A stretch of DNA of 64,000 nt from Eubacteriales bacterium (GCA_045541735.1 JAZQJQ010000138.1:11034-75033); one strand, 5' to 3'; positions 36,495-46,679 are shown, numbered from the stretch's first letter. Notes: generated from the letters alone by a model not told the origin. A program made the numbers and translations.

Positions 36495-37409
36495 ATGCCT
36501 ATAAAAATACCGGATGCCTTGCCCGCCGTAAAGGTGCTCAGTAACGAAAACATCTTCGTTATGACAGAAAGGCGCGCAATAACGCAGGATATTCGGCCTT
36601 TAAAGTTGCTGATACTCAATCTTATGCCGCTGAAGATAGACACGGAAACTCAGCTTTCCCGTCTGCTGGGGAACACTCCGCTTCAGATAGAACTTGAGTT
36701 TATTTGCACAAAGACCCACAATTCCAAAAACACGCCTCAAAGCCACTTGCAAACGTTTTACAAGCATTTTGATGATGTGAAAGACCGTCGATTCGACGGA
36801 ATGATCATCACGGGCGCTCCCGTTGAAAAGCTTGAATTTGAAGAGGTGGACCATTGGAATGAACTTTGTGAGATAATGGAATGGTCCAAAACCAACGTGC
36901 ACAGCACCTTCCACATCTGCTGGGGTGCGCAGGCAGGTCTTTACTACCACTTCGGAATTAATAAATATCCTCTCAAGGAAAAACTGTCCGGAGTATACCG
37001 CCATCACATAGTCAGAAAGACGTCAATGCTGTTCCGCGGAGCCGACGACGAGTTCTTCGTTCCCCACTCACGATACACCGAGGTACGATATGAGGACTGC
37101 GCGGCGGTACCCGAGCTTCGCGTACTTGCCCTTTCCGACGAAGCGGGAGTTTACGCGCTGTCAACTGACAACGGACGTCAGGTATTTATTACCGGGCATC
37201 CGGAATACGATGCAGATACCCTTAACAAAGAGTACACGCGCGACGTTAATGCCGGGATCGATCCGAACGTGCCGGAAAACTACTTTCTCGACGATGATCC
37301 CGCAAATCCCCCTGTTTGCAGATGGAGGAGCCACGCAAATCTGCTTTACTCAAACTGGCTTAATTACTATGTTTACCAAACCACACCTTACGACCTAAAC
37401 GAACTGTAA
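36495..37409 (+). CDS. metA: Homoserine O-acyltransferase (MetA family)
   Basis: [23 protein letters not shown]...[10 protein letters not shown]...HICWGAQA (catalytic Cys region). Confidence 0.9.
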   Translation: MPIKIPDALPAVKVLSNENIFVMTERRAITQDIRPLKLLILNLMPLKIDTETQLSRLLGNTPLQIELEFICTKTHNSKNTPQSHLQTFYKHFDDVKDRRFDGMIITGAPVEKLEFEEVDHWNELCEIMEWSKTNVHSTFHICWGAQAGLYYHFGINKYPLKEKLSGVYRHHIVRKTSMLFRGADDEFFVPHSRYTEVRYEDCAAVPELRVLALSDEAGVYALSTDNGRQVFITGHPEYDADTLNKEYTRDVNAGIDPNVPENYFLDDDPANPPVCRWRSHANLLYSNWLNYYVYQTTPYDLNEL

Positions 37410-37415
37410 GAAAGG

Positions 37416-38483
37416 ATGAATGTTATGAACATTTCAATCACAAAAACCACAACCCCCATCGAGAAGCCCACAAAGGATCTCGGCTTCGGAAAGTACTTTA
37501 CCGACCACATGTTCATTATGGACTACGTGGCAGGCGAGGGATGGAAAGATGCACGCATCGTTCCTTTTGCCCCCATCGCACTTCACCCCGCCGCAACCGT
37601 ATTCCATTACGGCGCAGAGGTATTTGAGGGACTTAAAGCTTACCGCCGTGCCGACGGTGAGATACAGTTCTTCCGTCCCATCGAAAACGCTCGCCGAATA
37701 AACAACTCTGCCGAGAGGATCCGTCTTCCCCAGATTCCCGAGGAGGACTTTATGCAGGCACTTACCGAGCTTGTTAAGCTGGATGCAGATTGGGTTCCCT
37801 CAGGAAACGGCGAATCCCTTTATCTTCGCCCCTTCCTTTTCGGAACCGACGATGCGCTTGGTCTTCACTCCATTAAGAAAGCGCGCTTTATGATAATCTG
37901 CTCTCCCAGCGGAAGCTACTATAAAGAGGGCATCAACCCCGTTAAGATCATGATAGAAGACGAGGACGTACGCGCAGTACGCGGCGGCACCGGCTACGCA
38001 AAGTGCGGCGGTAACTACGCGGCATCTAACAGAGCGGGCGAGAAGGCAGCTGAAAAAGGCTTTACTCAGGTCCTTTGGCTTGACGGTGTAGACCGTAAGT
38101 ACATAGAGGAAGTCGGCGCGATGAACGTAATGTTCAAGATAAACGGCGAGATCGTTACCCCCTCCCTTGAAGGCTCTATCCTTCCCGGTATTACAAGAAA
38201 GAGCTGCATCGAGCTTCTCCGTTCCAAAGGCTTTACCGTAACCGAGAGAAAGATCTCCATCGACGAGCTTTGCGAGGCTATGGAAAACGGCACTCTCGAG
38301 GAGGCTTGGGGCTGCGGCACCGCTGCTGTTGTTTCCCCCATCGGTCAGCTTTACTACAACGGAAAGACCTATACTATCAACAATAACGCGATCGGCAGCA
38401 CAACACAACTTCTTTACGACACCCTTACCGGAATACAGTGGGGCAGAATTGAGGACACCTTCGGATGGACGGTAAGACTGTAA
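37416..38483 (+). CDS. ilvE: Branched-chain amino acid aminotransferase
   Basis: FGKYFTDHMF, HYGAEVFEGLKAY, GGTGYAKCGGNYA, LPGITR. Confidence 0.9.
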   Translation: MNVMNISITKTTTPIEKPTKDLGFGKYFTDHMFIMDYVAGEGWKDARIVPFAPIALHPAATVFHYGAEVFEGLKAYRRADGEIQFFRPIENARRINNSAERIRLPQIPEEDFMQALTELVKLDADWVPSGNGESLYLRPFLFGTDDALGLHSIKKARFMIICSPSGSYYKEGINPVKIMIEDEDVRAVRGGTGYAKCGGNYAASNRAGEKAAEKGFTQVLWLDGVDRKYIEEVGAMNVMFKINGEIVTPSLEGSILPGITRKSCIELLRSKGFTVTERKISIDELCEAMENGTLEEAWGCGTAAVVSPIGQLYYNGKTYTINNNAIGSTTQLLYDTLTGIQWGRIEDTFGWTVRL

Positions 38484-39154
38484 AAAGAGTTACCGTATTT
38501 GCAGGACACTACGGAAGCGGAAAAACGAACATTGCCGTCAACTGTGCCCTTGAACAGAGAAAACACTTTGAAAGAGTTGCTATAGCCGACCTTGATATCG
38601 TTAATCCGTATTTTCGCTCCAAGGACGCAACAGATGTGCTTGATAAAAACGGTGTAAGACTTATATCCTCGCCCTTTGCGAACACAAACGTCGATACGCC
38701 TGCGCTTCCCGCCGAGGCTTATGCGCTGGTTCACGACAAAAGCTGCCAAGCCGTTATTGACGTCGGAGGTGATGACCGAGGCGCTCTGGCGCTCGGCAGA
38801 TACGCACCCGAGATCAAAGAAGAAAGCGATTATGATGCGCTGCTCGTTATCAATATGTACCGTCCGCTTACGGCAAATGCCGGCGACTGTGCGGAGGTGA
38901 TGCGAGAAATAGAAGCAAGTTCATCAATTCCCTTCACGGGGATCGTGAACAACTCCAATCTCGGCTCAGCCACTACGGCTGATGACGTGCTTGAAAGCAT
39001 TGAATATGCAAACGAGGTATCCAGGCTTACAGGTCTTCCGATAGTATACACCTGCGTAAAGCCGGAGCTTTACGATGCACTTAAAAATAAGATAGAAAAC
39101 TTAAAGCCTATAAGACTGTACGTACGTCAGTCTTTTGACAAAAAGGAGGAATGA
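38465..39154 (+). CDS. P-loop NTPase of unknown function
   Basis: Walker A FAGHYGSGKTN and Walker B-like AVIDVGGDD. Overlaps ilvE by 19 nt and the ferredoxin gene by 4 nt. Confidence 0.6.
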   Translation: MDGKTVKRVTVFAGHYGSGKTNIAVNCALEQRKHFERVAIADLDIVNPYFRSKDATDVLDKNGVRLISSPFANTNVDTPALPAEAYALVHDKSCQAVIDVGGDDRGALALGRYAPEIKEESDYDALLVINMYRPLTANAGDCAEVMREIEASSSIPFTGIVNNSNLGSATTADDVLESIEYANEVSRLTGLPIVYTCVKPELYDALKNKIENLKPIRLYVRQSFDKKEE

Positions 39155-39360
39155 AGATGCCTAAGGTATCATTCAACGAAAAGCTTTGCAAGGGCTGCGG
39201 ACTTTGTGTTACCGTTTGCCCCAAGAAGATAGTTGCTCTAAAAAAAGAGCTCAATGATAAGGGATACCACCCCGCGGAAGTAACCGACAGCAGCAAATGT
39301 ATCGGATGCGCTTTCTGTGCTACCATTTGCCCCGACTGCGTTATAACCGTTGAAAAGTAA
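39151..39360 (+). CDS. 2-oxoacid:ferredoxin oxidoreductase delta subunit (2x[4Fe-4S] ferredoxin)
   Basis: CKGCGLCVTVCP and CIGCAFCATICP. Confidence 0.8.
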   Translation: MKMPKVSFNEKLCKGCGLCVTVCPKKIVALKKELNDKGYHPAEVTDSSKCIGCAFCATICPDCVITVEK

Positions 39361-39373
39361 GGAGGACTTTATT

Positions 39374-40435
39374 ATGGCAAAAGTACTTATGAAGGGTAAC
39401 GAAGCTATGGCGGAAGCCGCTATCATGGCAGGCTGCAGACATTACTTCGGCTATCCTATAACCCCCCAGACTGAAGTTGCAGCCTATATGGCAAAGAGAA
39501 TGCCCAAGATCGACGGCGGAGTTTTTCTCCAGGCAGAAAGCGAAATAGCTGCTATTAATATGGTTATAGGCGTTGCCTCTACAGGCAAGCGCGTTATGAC
39601 ATCTTCTTCAAGTCCCGGAATATCTCTGAAAAGCGAGGGACTTTCCTACCTTGCTGGATGCGATCTTCCTGCCCTTGTTGTTAACGTACAGCGCGGCGGT
39701 CCCGGACTCGGCGGCATCCAGCCTTCTCAGTCCGATTACTTCCAGGCAACCAGAGGCGGCGGACACGGAGATTACCATATGATAGTTCTTGCCCCCTCCT
39801 CCATTCAGGAGATGGTAAGCCTTACCGTTAAGGGCTTTGACCTTGCGGATAAATACCGTATGACGTCTATGATACTCGCAGACGGTACTATGGGTCAGAT
39901 GATGGAGCCGGTTTCCCTTGACGTCGGCGAGGTGAAGAGCTACGAAAAACCTTGGGCGCTTACCGGCACCAAATGTGAAAGAAAGCCTAACATAGTTAAC
40001 TCACTCTTCCTTAAACCCGACGAGCTTGAGGTATTCAACAACGCGAGATACGCAAAGTATGCTGATATCTGCAAGACAGAGGCTATGCACGAGGAATACC
40101 GTATGGATGATGCCGAGATCTGCATCGTTGCTTTCGGTATTGCTGCAAGAGTTGCGCAAAATGCAATTGACGAGGCAAGAGCGCGCGGTATCAAGGTCGG
40201 TATGATCCGTCCCATCACCGTATGGCCCTTCCCTAAGGATGCACTCGCTAAAGCTGCTGACAAGGTTAAAGCTTTTATTTCCGTTGAGCTTAATATGGGT
40301 CAGATGATCGAGGACGTTGAGCTTGCAATTCGTTGCAGAAAACCTGTTCTCTTCTGCGGACGCAGCGGCGGCATGATACCCACAACCGAGGACATCGCAG
40401 TTAAGATCCACGAAGCCGCACAGATCGGAGGTTGA
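39374..40435 (+). CDS. 2-oxoacid:ferredoxin oxidoreductase alpha subunit (VorB/KorA-like)
   Basis: MKGNEAMAEAAIMAGCRHYFGYPITPQTE is typical. Start set at ATG 39374 behind SD aaggagga. Confidence 0.85.
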   Translation: MAKVLMKGNEAMAEAAIMAGCRHYFGYPITPQTEVAAYMAKRMPKIDGGVFLQAESEIAAINMVIGVASTGKRVMTSSSSPGISLKSEGLSYLAGCDLPALVVNVQRGGPGLGGIQPSQSDYFQATRGGGHGDYHMIVLAPSSIQEMVSLTVKGFDLADKYRMTSMILADGTMGQMMEPVSLDVGEVKSYEKPWALTGTKCERKPNIVNSLFLKPDELEVFNNARYAKYADICKTEAMHEEYRMDDAEICIVAFGIAARVAQNAIDEARARGIKVGMIRPITVWPFPKDALAKAADKVKAFISVELNMGQMIEDVELAIRCRKPVLFCGRSGGMIPTTEDIAVKIHEAAQIGG

Positions 40436-40439
40436 AATA

Positions 40440-41186
40440 ATGATAGTATTTGAAAAACCTAAAGCACTTACGGATGCGCCCCTGCATTACTGCCCCGGCT
40501 GCACCCACGGAATTATTCACCGCCTTGTTGCTGAGGCTATTGACGAGCTCGGCGTTCAAGGAAGAACCATCGGAGTTGCATCTGTCGGATGCTCCGTATT
40601 TACTTACAACTACTTCAACGTCGATATGGTGCAAGCGGCTCACGGACGTGCTCCCGCGGTTGCAACGGGCATCAAGCGTTCCGACAGCAACAATATCGTG
40701 TTCACTTATCAAGGCGACGGCGACCTTGCCGCGATCGGTACTGCTGAGACCGTGCACAGCGCCGCAAGGGGAGAGAACATTACGGTTATTTTCGTTAACA
40801 ACGCAATTTACGGTATGACAGGCGGACAGATGGCGCCCACCTCCCTGCCCGGTCAGGTTACGCAGACCTCTCCTTACGGACGTGACGTTAACACCGTCGG
40901 TTACCCCGTTAAAGTCTGCGAGATGCTTTCTCAGCTTGACGGTGCAACATATCTCGAAAGAGTTGCCGTAAACAACATCAAAAACATCAAGGCCGCTAAG
41001 GCTGCTATCAAGAAGGCTTTTCAGAATCAGATCGAGGGCAAGGGTTTCTCCCTTGTCGAGGTTCTTTCCACCTGCCCTACCAACTGGGGCAAAACTCCCG
41101 CAGACGCATTAAAATGGCTTGAGGAGAACATGCTTCCCTACTATCCTCTCGGCGTTTACAAGGACAAGACTAAGGAGGAAAAGTAA
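40440..41186 (+). CDS. 2-oxoacid:ferredoxin oxidoreductase beta subunit (TPP-binding)
   Basis: YCPGCTHG, GDGDLAAIG, NNAIYGMTGGQ. Confidence 0.85.
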   Translation: MIVFEKPKALTDAPLHYCPGCTHGIIHRLVAEAIDELGVQGRTIGVASVGCSVFTYNYFNVDMVQAAHGRAPAVATGIKRSDSNNIVFTYQGDGDLAAIGTAETVHSAARGENITVIFVNNAIYGMTGGQMAPTSLPGQVTQTSPYGRDVNTVGYPVKVCEMLSQLDGATYLERVAVNNIKNIKAAKAAIKKAFQNQIEGKGFSLVEVLSTCPTNWGKTPADALKWLEENMLPYYPLGVYKDKTKEEK

Positions 41187-41728
41187 TGAACACAAAGATC
41201 CTTATCGCAGGCTTCGGCGGACAGGGCATACTGTTTGCGGGCAAGTTTCTTGCCTATGAGGCTCTTTTGAGCGAAAAGGAGGTAAGCTGGCTTCCCTCCT
41301 ACGGTCCCGAGATGCGCGGCGGCACCGCAAATTGCAGCATCATAATCAGCGATACTCTTATCGGTTCTCCCATCGTTGACAAGCCTGACATTCTCGTTGC
41401 AATGAACGGCCCTTCCTTTGATAAATACGAAAATGACGTACCGGCAGACGGTGCAATATATCTCGATAGTTCACTTATCGACAGAAAGTCAGATCGCACC
41501 GATGCAAACGTATATTACATTCCCGCAACCGCTATGGCCGGCGACAACGGACTTAACGGACTTGCAAATATGATTATGCTCGGATGTGTGATCAAACACA
41601 GCGGAATAATGACTCTTGATTCTGCAAAGACGGCTATGGAAAAACTTGTTCCCGCAAAGAAGCAGGAAATGCTTGCACTGAATATCCGTGCACTTGAGCT
41701 CGGATACAATTACGAAGGAGATAAGTAA
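41186..41728 (+). CDS. 2-oxoacid:ferredoxin oxidoreductase gamma subunit
   Basis: [15 protein letters not shown]...[13 protein letters not shown]. Confidence 0.85.
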   Translation: MNTKILIAGFGGQGILFAGKFLAYEALLSEKEVSWLPSYGPEMRGGTANCSIIISDTLIGSPIVDKPDILVAMNGPSFDKYENDVPADGAIYLDSSLIDRKSDRTDANVYYIPATAMAGDNGLNGLANMIMLGCVIKHSGIMTLDSAKTAMEKLVPAKKQEMLALNIRALELGYNYEGDK

Positions 41729-42279
41729 TGAACGAGCAGATCAAGGATATAGGTATGCGCCTCCGCACCCTCCGTGAGGATATGGAGATCTCCGCAGAGG
41801 AGATGGCTGCAAAGCTTGAAGTTGACCTTGATACTTATGAGGCATACGAAAGCGGCGACCAGGACTTTTCCTTCAGCGTTATCTACAATGCCGCCGAAAT
41901 TCTCGGTGTTGACGTGCTTGACCTGATAAGCGGTAATGCCCCCACGCTTTCTATGTGCAGTATGGTAAAAAAAGGCAAGGGTTATTCCGTAAAACGCGAG
42001 CACGAGTACGACTATAAGCATCTTGCTTATACATTTCGAAACAAGAAGGCTGAGCCCTTCCTTGTCACCATAAATCCCGACCCCAATCCCCCGGTTATGC
42101 ACGGACACGATGGTCAGGAATTCAACTACGTTATCTCCGGAAAGATGATGCTCTACATCGGAGACATTTCATACGAGCTTTCTAAGGGCGACAGTGTGTA
42201 CTTTGACTCCAGCGTTCCTCACGCAGAGGTAGCACTCGGCGATAAGCCTGCGGAATTCATCGCGGTAGTTATCAAGTAA
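41728..42279 (+). CDS. XRE HTH plus cupin-domain transcriptional regulator
   Basis: N-terminal IGMRLRTLREDMEISAEEMAAKL and C-terminal cupin GHDGQEFNYVISGKM...GDSVYFDSSVPH. Confidence 0.8.
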   Translation: MNEQIKDIGMRLRTLREDMEISAEEMAAKLEVDLDTYEAYESGDQDFSFSVIYNAAEILGVDVLDLISGNAPTLSMCSMVKKGKGYSVKREHEYDYKHLAYTFRNKKAEPFLVTINPDPNPPVMHGHDGQEFNYVISGKMMLYIGDISYELSKGDSVYFDSSVPHAEVALGDKPAEFIAVVIK

Positions 42280-42296
42280 TATCCGGAGGACTATAA

Positions 42297-43979
42297 ATGC
42301 CAATCTACGAAAAATTTGTCGGTGCATCACGCGACGATTTCCTTTCTCTTAAGGATGCACAGCACAACTACAACCTCACTTTCAAGGATAATTTTAACTT
42401 TGCCTATGACGTTCTTGACGAGCTTGGCAAAACAAAACCGGACAAGCTCGCTATGATCTGGGTGGGTGAGAACGGCGAAGAAAAGCGCTTCACATTCCGT
42501 GATATGATGCTTTACTCCAACAAAGCCGCAAATTATTTCAAATACCTCGGTATAAAGAAGGGCGACCGAGTTATGCTCGTTCTCAGAAGGAGCTATTACT
42601 TCTGGTTCTGTTTTCTCGGTCTCCACAAGATAGGCGCTATCGCTATTCAGGCGACGGATATGCTGAAAGCAAAAGACTACATTTACCGTTGCAACGCCGC
42701 AAAGGTTAAATGTGTTATAATCACGGGACACGGTAACTGTACCGAAAACTTTGACGAGGGCGCGGACAAGTGTGAGACTGTAGAAATTAAGCTTGTAGGC
42801 GGTCGCAAGAATGCGGGCGAGAGTTGGTTCGACCTTGAGCAAGGAATTGCTATGGCAAGTGATAAATGGCAGCGCCCCACCGGAAAGGAAGCGACAAAAG
42901 CAGACGATACGATGCTTCTCTCCTTCTCATCCGGCACCAGCGGATATCCCAAAATGGTATGCCACAACTTCAAGTATCCCCTCGGTCACATTATGACGGG
43001 TGTTTTCTGGCACAGAGTTGTCGACGGCGGTCTTCACTTCACCATTTCCGATACCGGATGGCTCAAGTCGCTTTGGGGCAAGATGTACGGACAGTGGTTC
43101 GGCGAAAGTGCCATATTAGTTTACGATTTTGACAGATTTGTTGCTAAGGACATCCTATCCGTAATGGAAAAATACAAGGTTACTACCTTCTGTGTTCCTC
43201 CTACGATGTACCGTATGCTTCTTGAAGAGGGCATTGAAAAATACGATCTCTCTTCCCTTACCCACTGCTGCTCTGCGGGTGAAGCTCTTAACCCCGATAT
43301 TTTCAACAAATGGAAAGAGCTTACCGGTCATAAGATCTACGAAGGCTTCGGACAGACAGAGACTTGCATCTGCATAGGAACTCTCTATCCTTGGACTGAG
43401 CCAACCCCAGGTACGCTTGGGCTTCCGATTCCCGGAATGGACGTTCACATCCTTGATGCAGACAGCCAGTCCTGCCCGCGCGGAAGCGTTGGAGAGATAT
43501 GCATCCGTGTACTTTCCGCAAAAAGAAAAGCGTGCGGAGTTCTCGACTCCTACAATATGAGCACGGAAGATACGGCAAAGGCAATGCACGACGGATTCTA
43601 CCACACAGGTGACCTTGCTTACAGAGATGAAAAAGGACTTTTCCGCTACGTTGGCAGAAATGACGACGTTATCAAGTCCTCGGGTTACCGCATCGGTCCC
43701 TTCGAGATCGAAAGCGTTATGCTTGAGCACGATGCAGTAAAGGAGGTTGCCGTAACCGGAGTTCCCGATAAAGTAAGAGGCTTTGTCGTTAAAGCAACTG
43801 TTGTACTTGCAGACGGCTTTGAAGGCACCACGGAGCTTACCAAAGAGCTTCAGGACTACGTTAAAAAGAACACTGCTCCCTACAAATACCCGAGAATCAT
43901 CGAATACTGTGATGAGCTGCCCAAGACCTTCAACGGCAAGATCAGAAGAAGCGAGATCAGAGCAAACGATGCTAAATGA
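42297..43979 (+). CDS. AMP-forming acyl-CoA synthetase (medium/short-chain type)
   Basis: SFSSGTSGYPKMV, YEGFGQTE, YHTGDLAYRDEKGLFRYVGRNDDVIKSSGYRIGPFEIES, NGKIRR. Confidence 0.85.
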   Translation: MPIYEKFVGASRDDFLSLKDAQHNYNLTFKDNFNFAYDVLDELGKTKPDKLAMIWVGENGEEKRFTFRDMMLYSNKAANYFKYLGIKKGDRVMLVLRRSYYFWFCFLGLHKIGAIAIQATDMLKAKDYIYRCNAAKVKCVIITGHGNCTENFDEGADKCETVEIKLVGGRKNAGESWFDLEQGIAMASDKWQRPTGKEATKADDTMLLSFSSGTSGYPKMVCHNFKYPLGHIMTGVFWHRVVDGGLHFTISDTGWLKSLWGKMYGQWFGESAILVYDFDRFVAKDILSVMEKYKVTTFCVPPTMYRMLLEEGIEKYDLSSLTHCCSAGEALNPDIFNKWKELTGHKIYEGFGQTETCICIGTLYPWTEPTPGTLGLPIPGMDVHILDADSQSCPRGSVGEICIRVLSAKRKACGVLDSYNMSTEDTAKAMHDGFYHTGDLAYRDEKGLFRYVGRNDDVIKSSGYRIGPFEIESVMLEHDAVKEVAVTGVPDKVRGFVVKATVVLADGFEGTTELTKELQDYVKKNTAPYKYPRIIEYCDELPKTFNGKIRRSEIRANDAK

Positions 43980-43986
43980 TCAGTCC

Positions 43987-44022
43987 AATACCGACAAGCG
44001 TATGCTTGTCGGTATTTTTTTT
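43987..44022 (+). terminator. Strong rho-independent terminator ending the 35.2-44.0 kb operon
   Basis: aataccgacaagc / gcttgtcggtatt, 13-bp perfect stem with 4-nt loop and T8. Confidence 0.8.
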
Positions 44023-44059
44023 CTTGTTTTAGTTACAATAATCAAAAAAGGAGATCATT

Positions 44060-44737
44060 ATGGAGATCATTTATGCTGCAATTAGGGCAAGCGCAGTCTA
44101 CCTCGGCCTGCTAATCGCAATGAAACTTCTCGGCAAGCGGCAAACCGGAGAAATGCAGCTATCCGAGCTTGTCACCACGTTCCTGGTTTCTGAGCTTGCA
44201 ACGGTACCGATCGTAGAACTCGACATACCCGCCGCAATACCAATAACCGCTCTAACAGTTATCCTTTCTCTGGAATTTATAATATCCTTTCTGGTGCTGA
44301 AAATTCCCTTTGTGCGAGAGTTTCTTGAAGGAAAGCCCAGTGCTTTAATAAACCGCGGAAAACTTGACAAGAAAGAATTACGGCGGTCACGAGTCAGCGT
44401 GGATGAGCTTATGTCGGAAATGCGTTTGCAAGGCATATCAGAACCAGAAGAAATATACAGCGCAACACTTGAATCTAACGGCAAAATGAGTTTTATATTA
44501 AAAAGCGATGCACGTCCTCTTACCTTTTCTGATCTCGGGATCAATTGTCGCGAAGAAGGCGTTGCGCACGCTGTAGTTACAGCGGGGCGCATTGATACTG
44601 CTGAGCTTAGAGCCTGCGGAAGAAATGAAACATGGCTTAATTCACTGCTTAAAGAAAAGAACGCCGCGATAAGCGACGTTCTTCTTCTCACCGTTACTGA
44701 CGGCGGACGTGTTTTTATTGCTTTAGAAAATAGATGA
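44060..44737 (+). CDS. DUF421 (YetF-like) membrane protein
   Basis: LGLLIAMKLLGKRQTGEMQLSELV and the C-terminal DUF421-like soluble domain. Confidence 0.75.
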   Translation: MEIIYAAIRASAVYLGLLIAMKLLGKRQTGEMQLSELVTTFLVSELATVPIVELDIPAAIPITALTVILSLEFIISFLVLKIPFVREFLEGKPSALINRGKLDKKELRRSRVSVDELMSEMRLQGISEPEEIYSATLESNGKMSFILKSDARPLTFSDLGINCREEGVAHAVVTAGRIDTAELRACGRNETWLNSLLKEKNAAISDVLLLTVTDGGRVFIALENR

Positions 44738-46573
44738 TCAATCGGCAAGACGAACCTTGCACCAAGTGTTGTATCGTTTAGTATCTGCGGCGGAAAGCAC
44801 ATCGCTGACGCTCTTTTTCCCATCATCTGTATTATCAAGAATAACATTGCATACAAATTCGTTATCAACGGATTCAAGAATCGAAAGCGGTACTGTCATT
44901 TCAGCGACGTATCCGGCCTGATCGTCTTTTTCAGATTCCGCTTCGTTAATTCTTGCGGCAAAGCTTATCTTTGAAGCATCTAAGACGGTAGTATTTCCAT
45001 TTTCAGATTTTACAAATTCAACTACACCGCCCTCGCCAAAGGTTATTACGTAATGGAATTTTGAGGATATTTTAGGTGCTATCATAACGGAAACAGTATC
45101 CCCTGCAGGATCACGGAGGTAATCAAGTCTTTCGCAAAGAATGGCAAGTTTATCTCCGTCCTTTGCAAAACGCGTTGAGCACTGAGCCTGAGAAACACTG
45201 CCGACAAACAGAGCATCCGTATTATTTTCCCATTCCTTAGAATCGCCGTCCACGGTTACTACTTGTGCCTTGGCATCAGTGCGGTGATTAAGGTAAAGTC
45301 TGCCGCTTACAATATAGTTTATCTCCGTACTGCCCTGTTTGGTGCGGTATTCGTTTGCCGTGATGAGCGAGTGTGATCCGATTATATCAAAACAACCCCA
45401 ATAATTTGTGGAAACACCTGCAAAAGGTGCAAATTCGAAGCCGAATTTTGCTGCATTGTCATCACCTATGCGGAATGTGAGATTGTTCTTTCTGTTGTAT
45501 GAAATTACCGTTTCTCCGGATTCGAACTGACCGATATACGGTCCCGCACCGACACAGTACTTTGTCAGCTTTGTAGAAGGACCTACATCCTTAAAAGCTT
45601 CAAGTGAAGTTGCCCAATTGTCGTCAGAATGTGATATTGTTATACGGAAGCTTCCTACACGGTCAAGCCTTGTTTCAAGCGCAAGGGCAATTCTGCCGTT
45701 ATGAAGCTCCACAGCAACAGGCATCTGATCGGAAAACATCTGCACACCGGTAATTACCTCTGTCTTGGTCTGAGAAACTATCTGACCTGACATAGCCTTA
45801 TTTATGTTACCTGTCCAAGTATAACCGTTATCGTTTGACCGCACGATTGCCGTTCCGGTTGAGGTGCACGTACCTTCACCGGTTGATAATCCGGTGGTGT
45901 TAGTCCAGTATGCGTGTATCTCGCCGCTTTTAAGCTGAAGGAGCGAAGGCTCCCAGTTGCATCCTCGGAATATGACCTGCTCGTTTGACCAGGTAATTCC
46001 ATTGTCGGTTGAACGCTTTATAACTATTCCGCTCTGCATTGGGTATCTCAAATAATTGCTTGCAAGCCTGTATGATGCAACCGCAAGTATGTCGCCGTTT
46101 TGGAGAACCAACGCATCGCAAGTGCTGTAAAACTTATCAGTTGTACCCTTAAAAAGAAGCTGAGGCTCGCCGTATTCAAATCCGTCCTCGGAGAGGCAGT
46201 AATAAATATCCGGACCGTGATTACCGTTTTGATAGAACAAAATAAATTTGCCGTCGATCATCTGTTTAACTCGAGGATAAAAAGCAAGCGAAGTCTTGAG
46301 TAAGCTTTTATCCAAGGATCTATACTCTCTGAAATTGCTTTCAAGTCCGGCAGTGGTATATTCACTTCCGTGACTGTCGCGCACAGTTTCGGTATTAAGT
46401 TCGGATATCTTATGTATATGAGTTTTTTCCATAGGTACATTCAAATCATCTGTTATCGCGTCACTTGTTACATACGTACTTTCCGAACCGTCAGTTACCT
46501 GCGGTTGCGGAGGGGTCTGATTGCATGAAGAAAGCATAAGCAGCGCAATTATAAGCGTAATTACTTTTTTCAT
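44738..46573 (-). CDS. Lipoprotein with BNR/Asp-box beta-propeller (sialidase-like) and a C-terminal CBM9-like domain
   Basis: Lipobox LMLSSC. Asp-boxes STDNGITW and SNDNGYTW (plus degenerate SDDNWAT). Start moved to ATG 46573 (MKKVITL) behind SD gaggtg. Confidence 0.7.
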   Translation of the reverse strand: MKKVITLIIALLMLSSCNQTPPQPQVTDGSESTYVTSDAITDDLNVPMEKTHIHKISELNTETVRDSHGSEYTTAGLESNFREYRSLDKSLLKTSLAFYPRVKQMIDGKFILFYQNGNHGPDIYYCLSEDGFEYGEPQLLFKGTTDKFYSTCDALVLQNGDILAVASYRLASNYLRYPMQSGIVIKRSTDNGITWSNEQVIFRGCNWEPSLLQLKSGEIHAYWTNTTGLSTGEGTCTSTGTAIVRSNDNGYTWTGNINKAMSGQIVSQTKTEVITGVQMFSDQMPVAVELHNGRIALALETRLDRVGSFRITISHSDDNWATSLEAFKDVGPSTKLTKYCVGAGPYIGQFESGETVISYNRKNNLTFRIGDDNAAKFGFEFAPFAGVSTNYWGCFDIIGSHSLITANEYRTKQGSTEINYIVSGRLYLNHRTDAKAQVVTVDGDSKEWENNTDALFVGSVSQAQCSTRFAKDGDKLAILCERLDYLRDPAGDTVSVMIAPKISSKFHYVITFGEGGVVEFVKSENGNTTVLDASKISFAARINEAESEKDDQAGYVAEMTVPLSILESVDNEFVCNVILDNTDDGKKSVSDVLSAADTKRYNTWCKVRLAD

Positions 46574-46679
46574 AACGCACCTCACACGTAAAATTCAAAA
46601 AATATGATAAAGCAAAACAGCAATATTTGTCAAGAAACTACAAAAATATGTTAAAACGTCAAACATAATGACAAACGTT

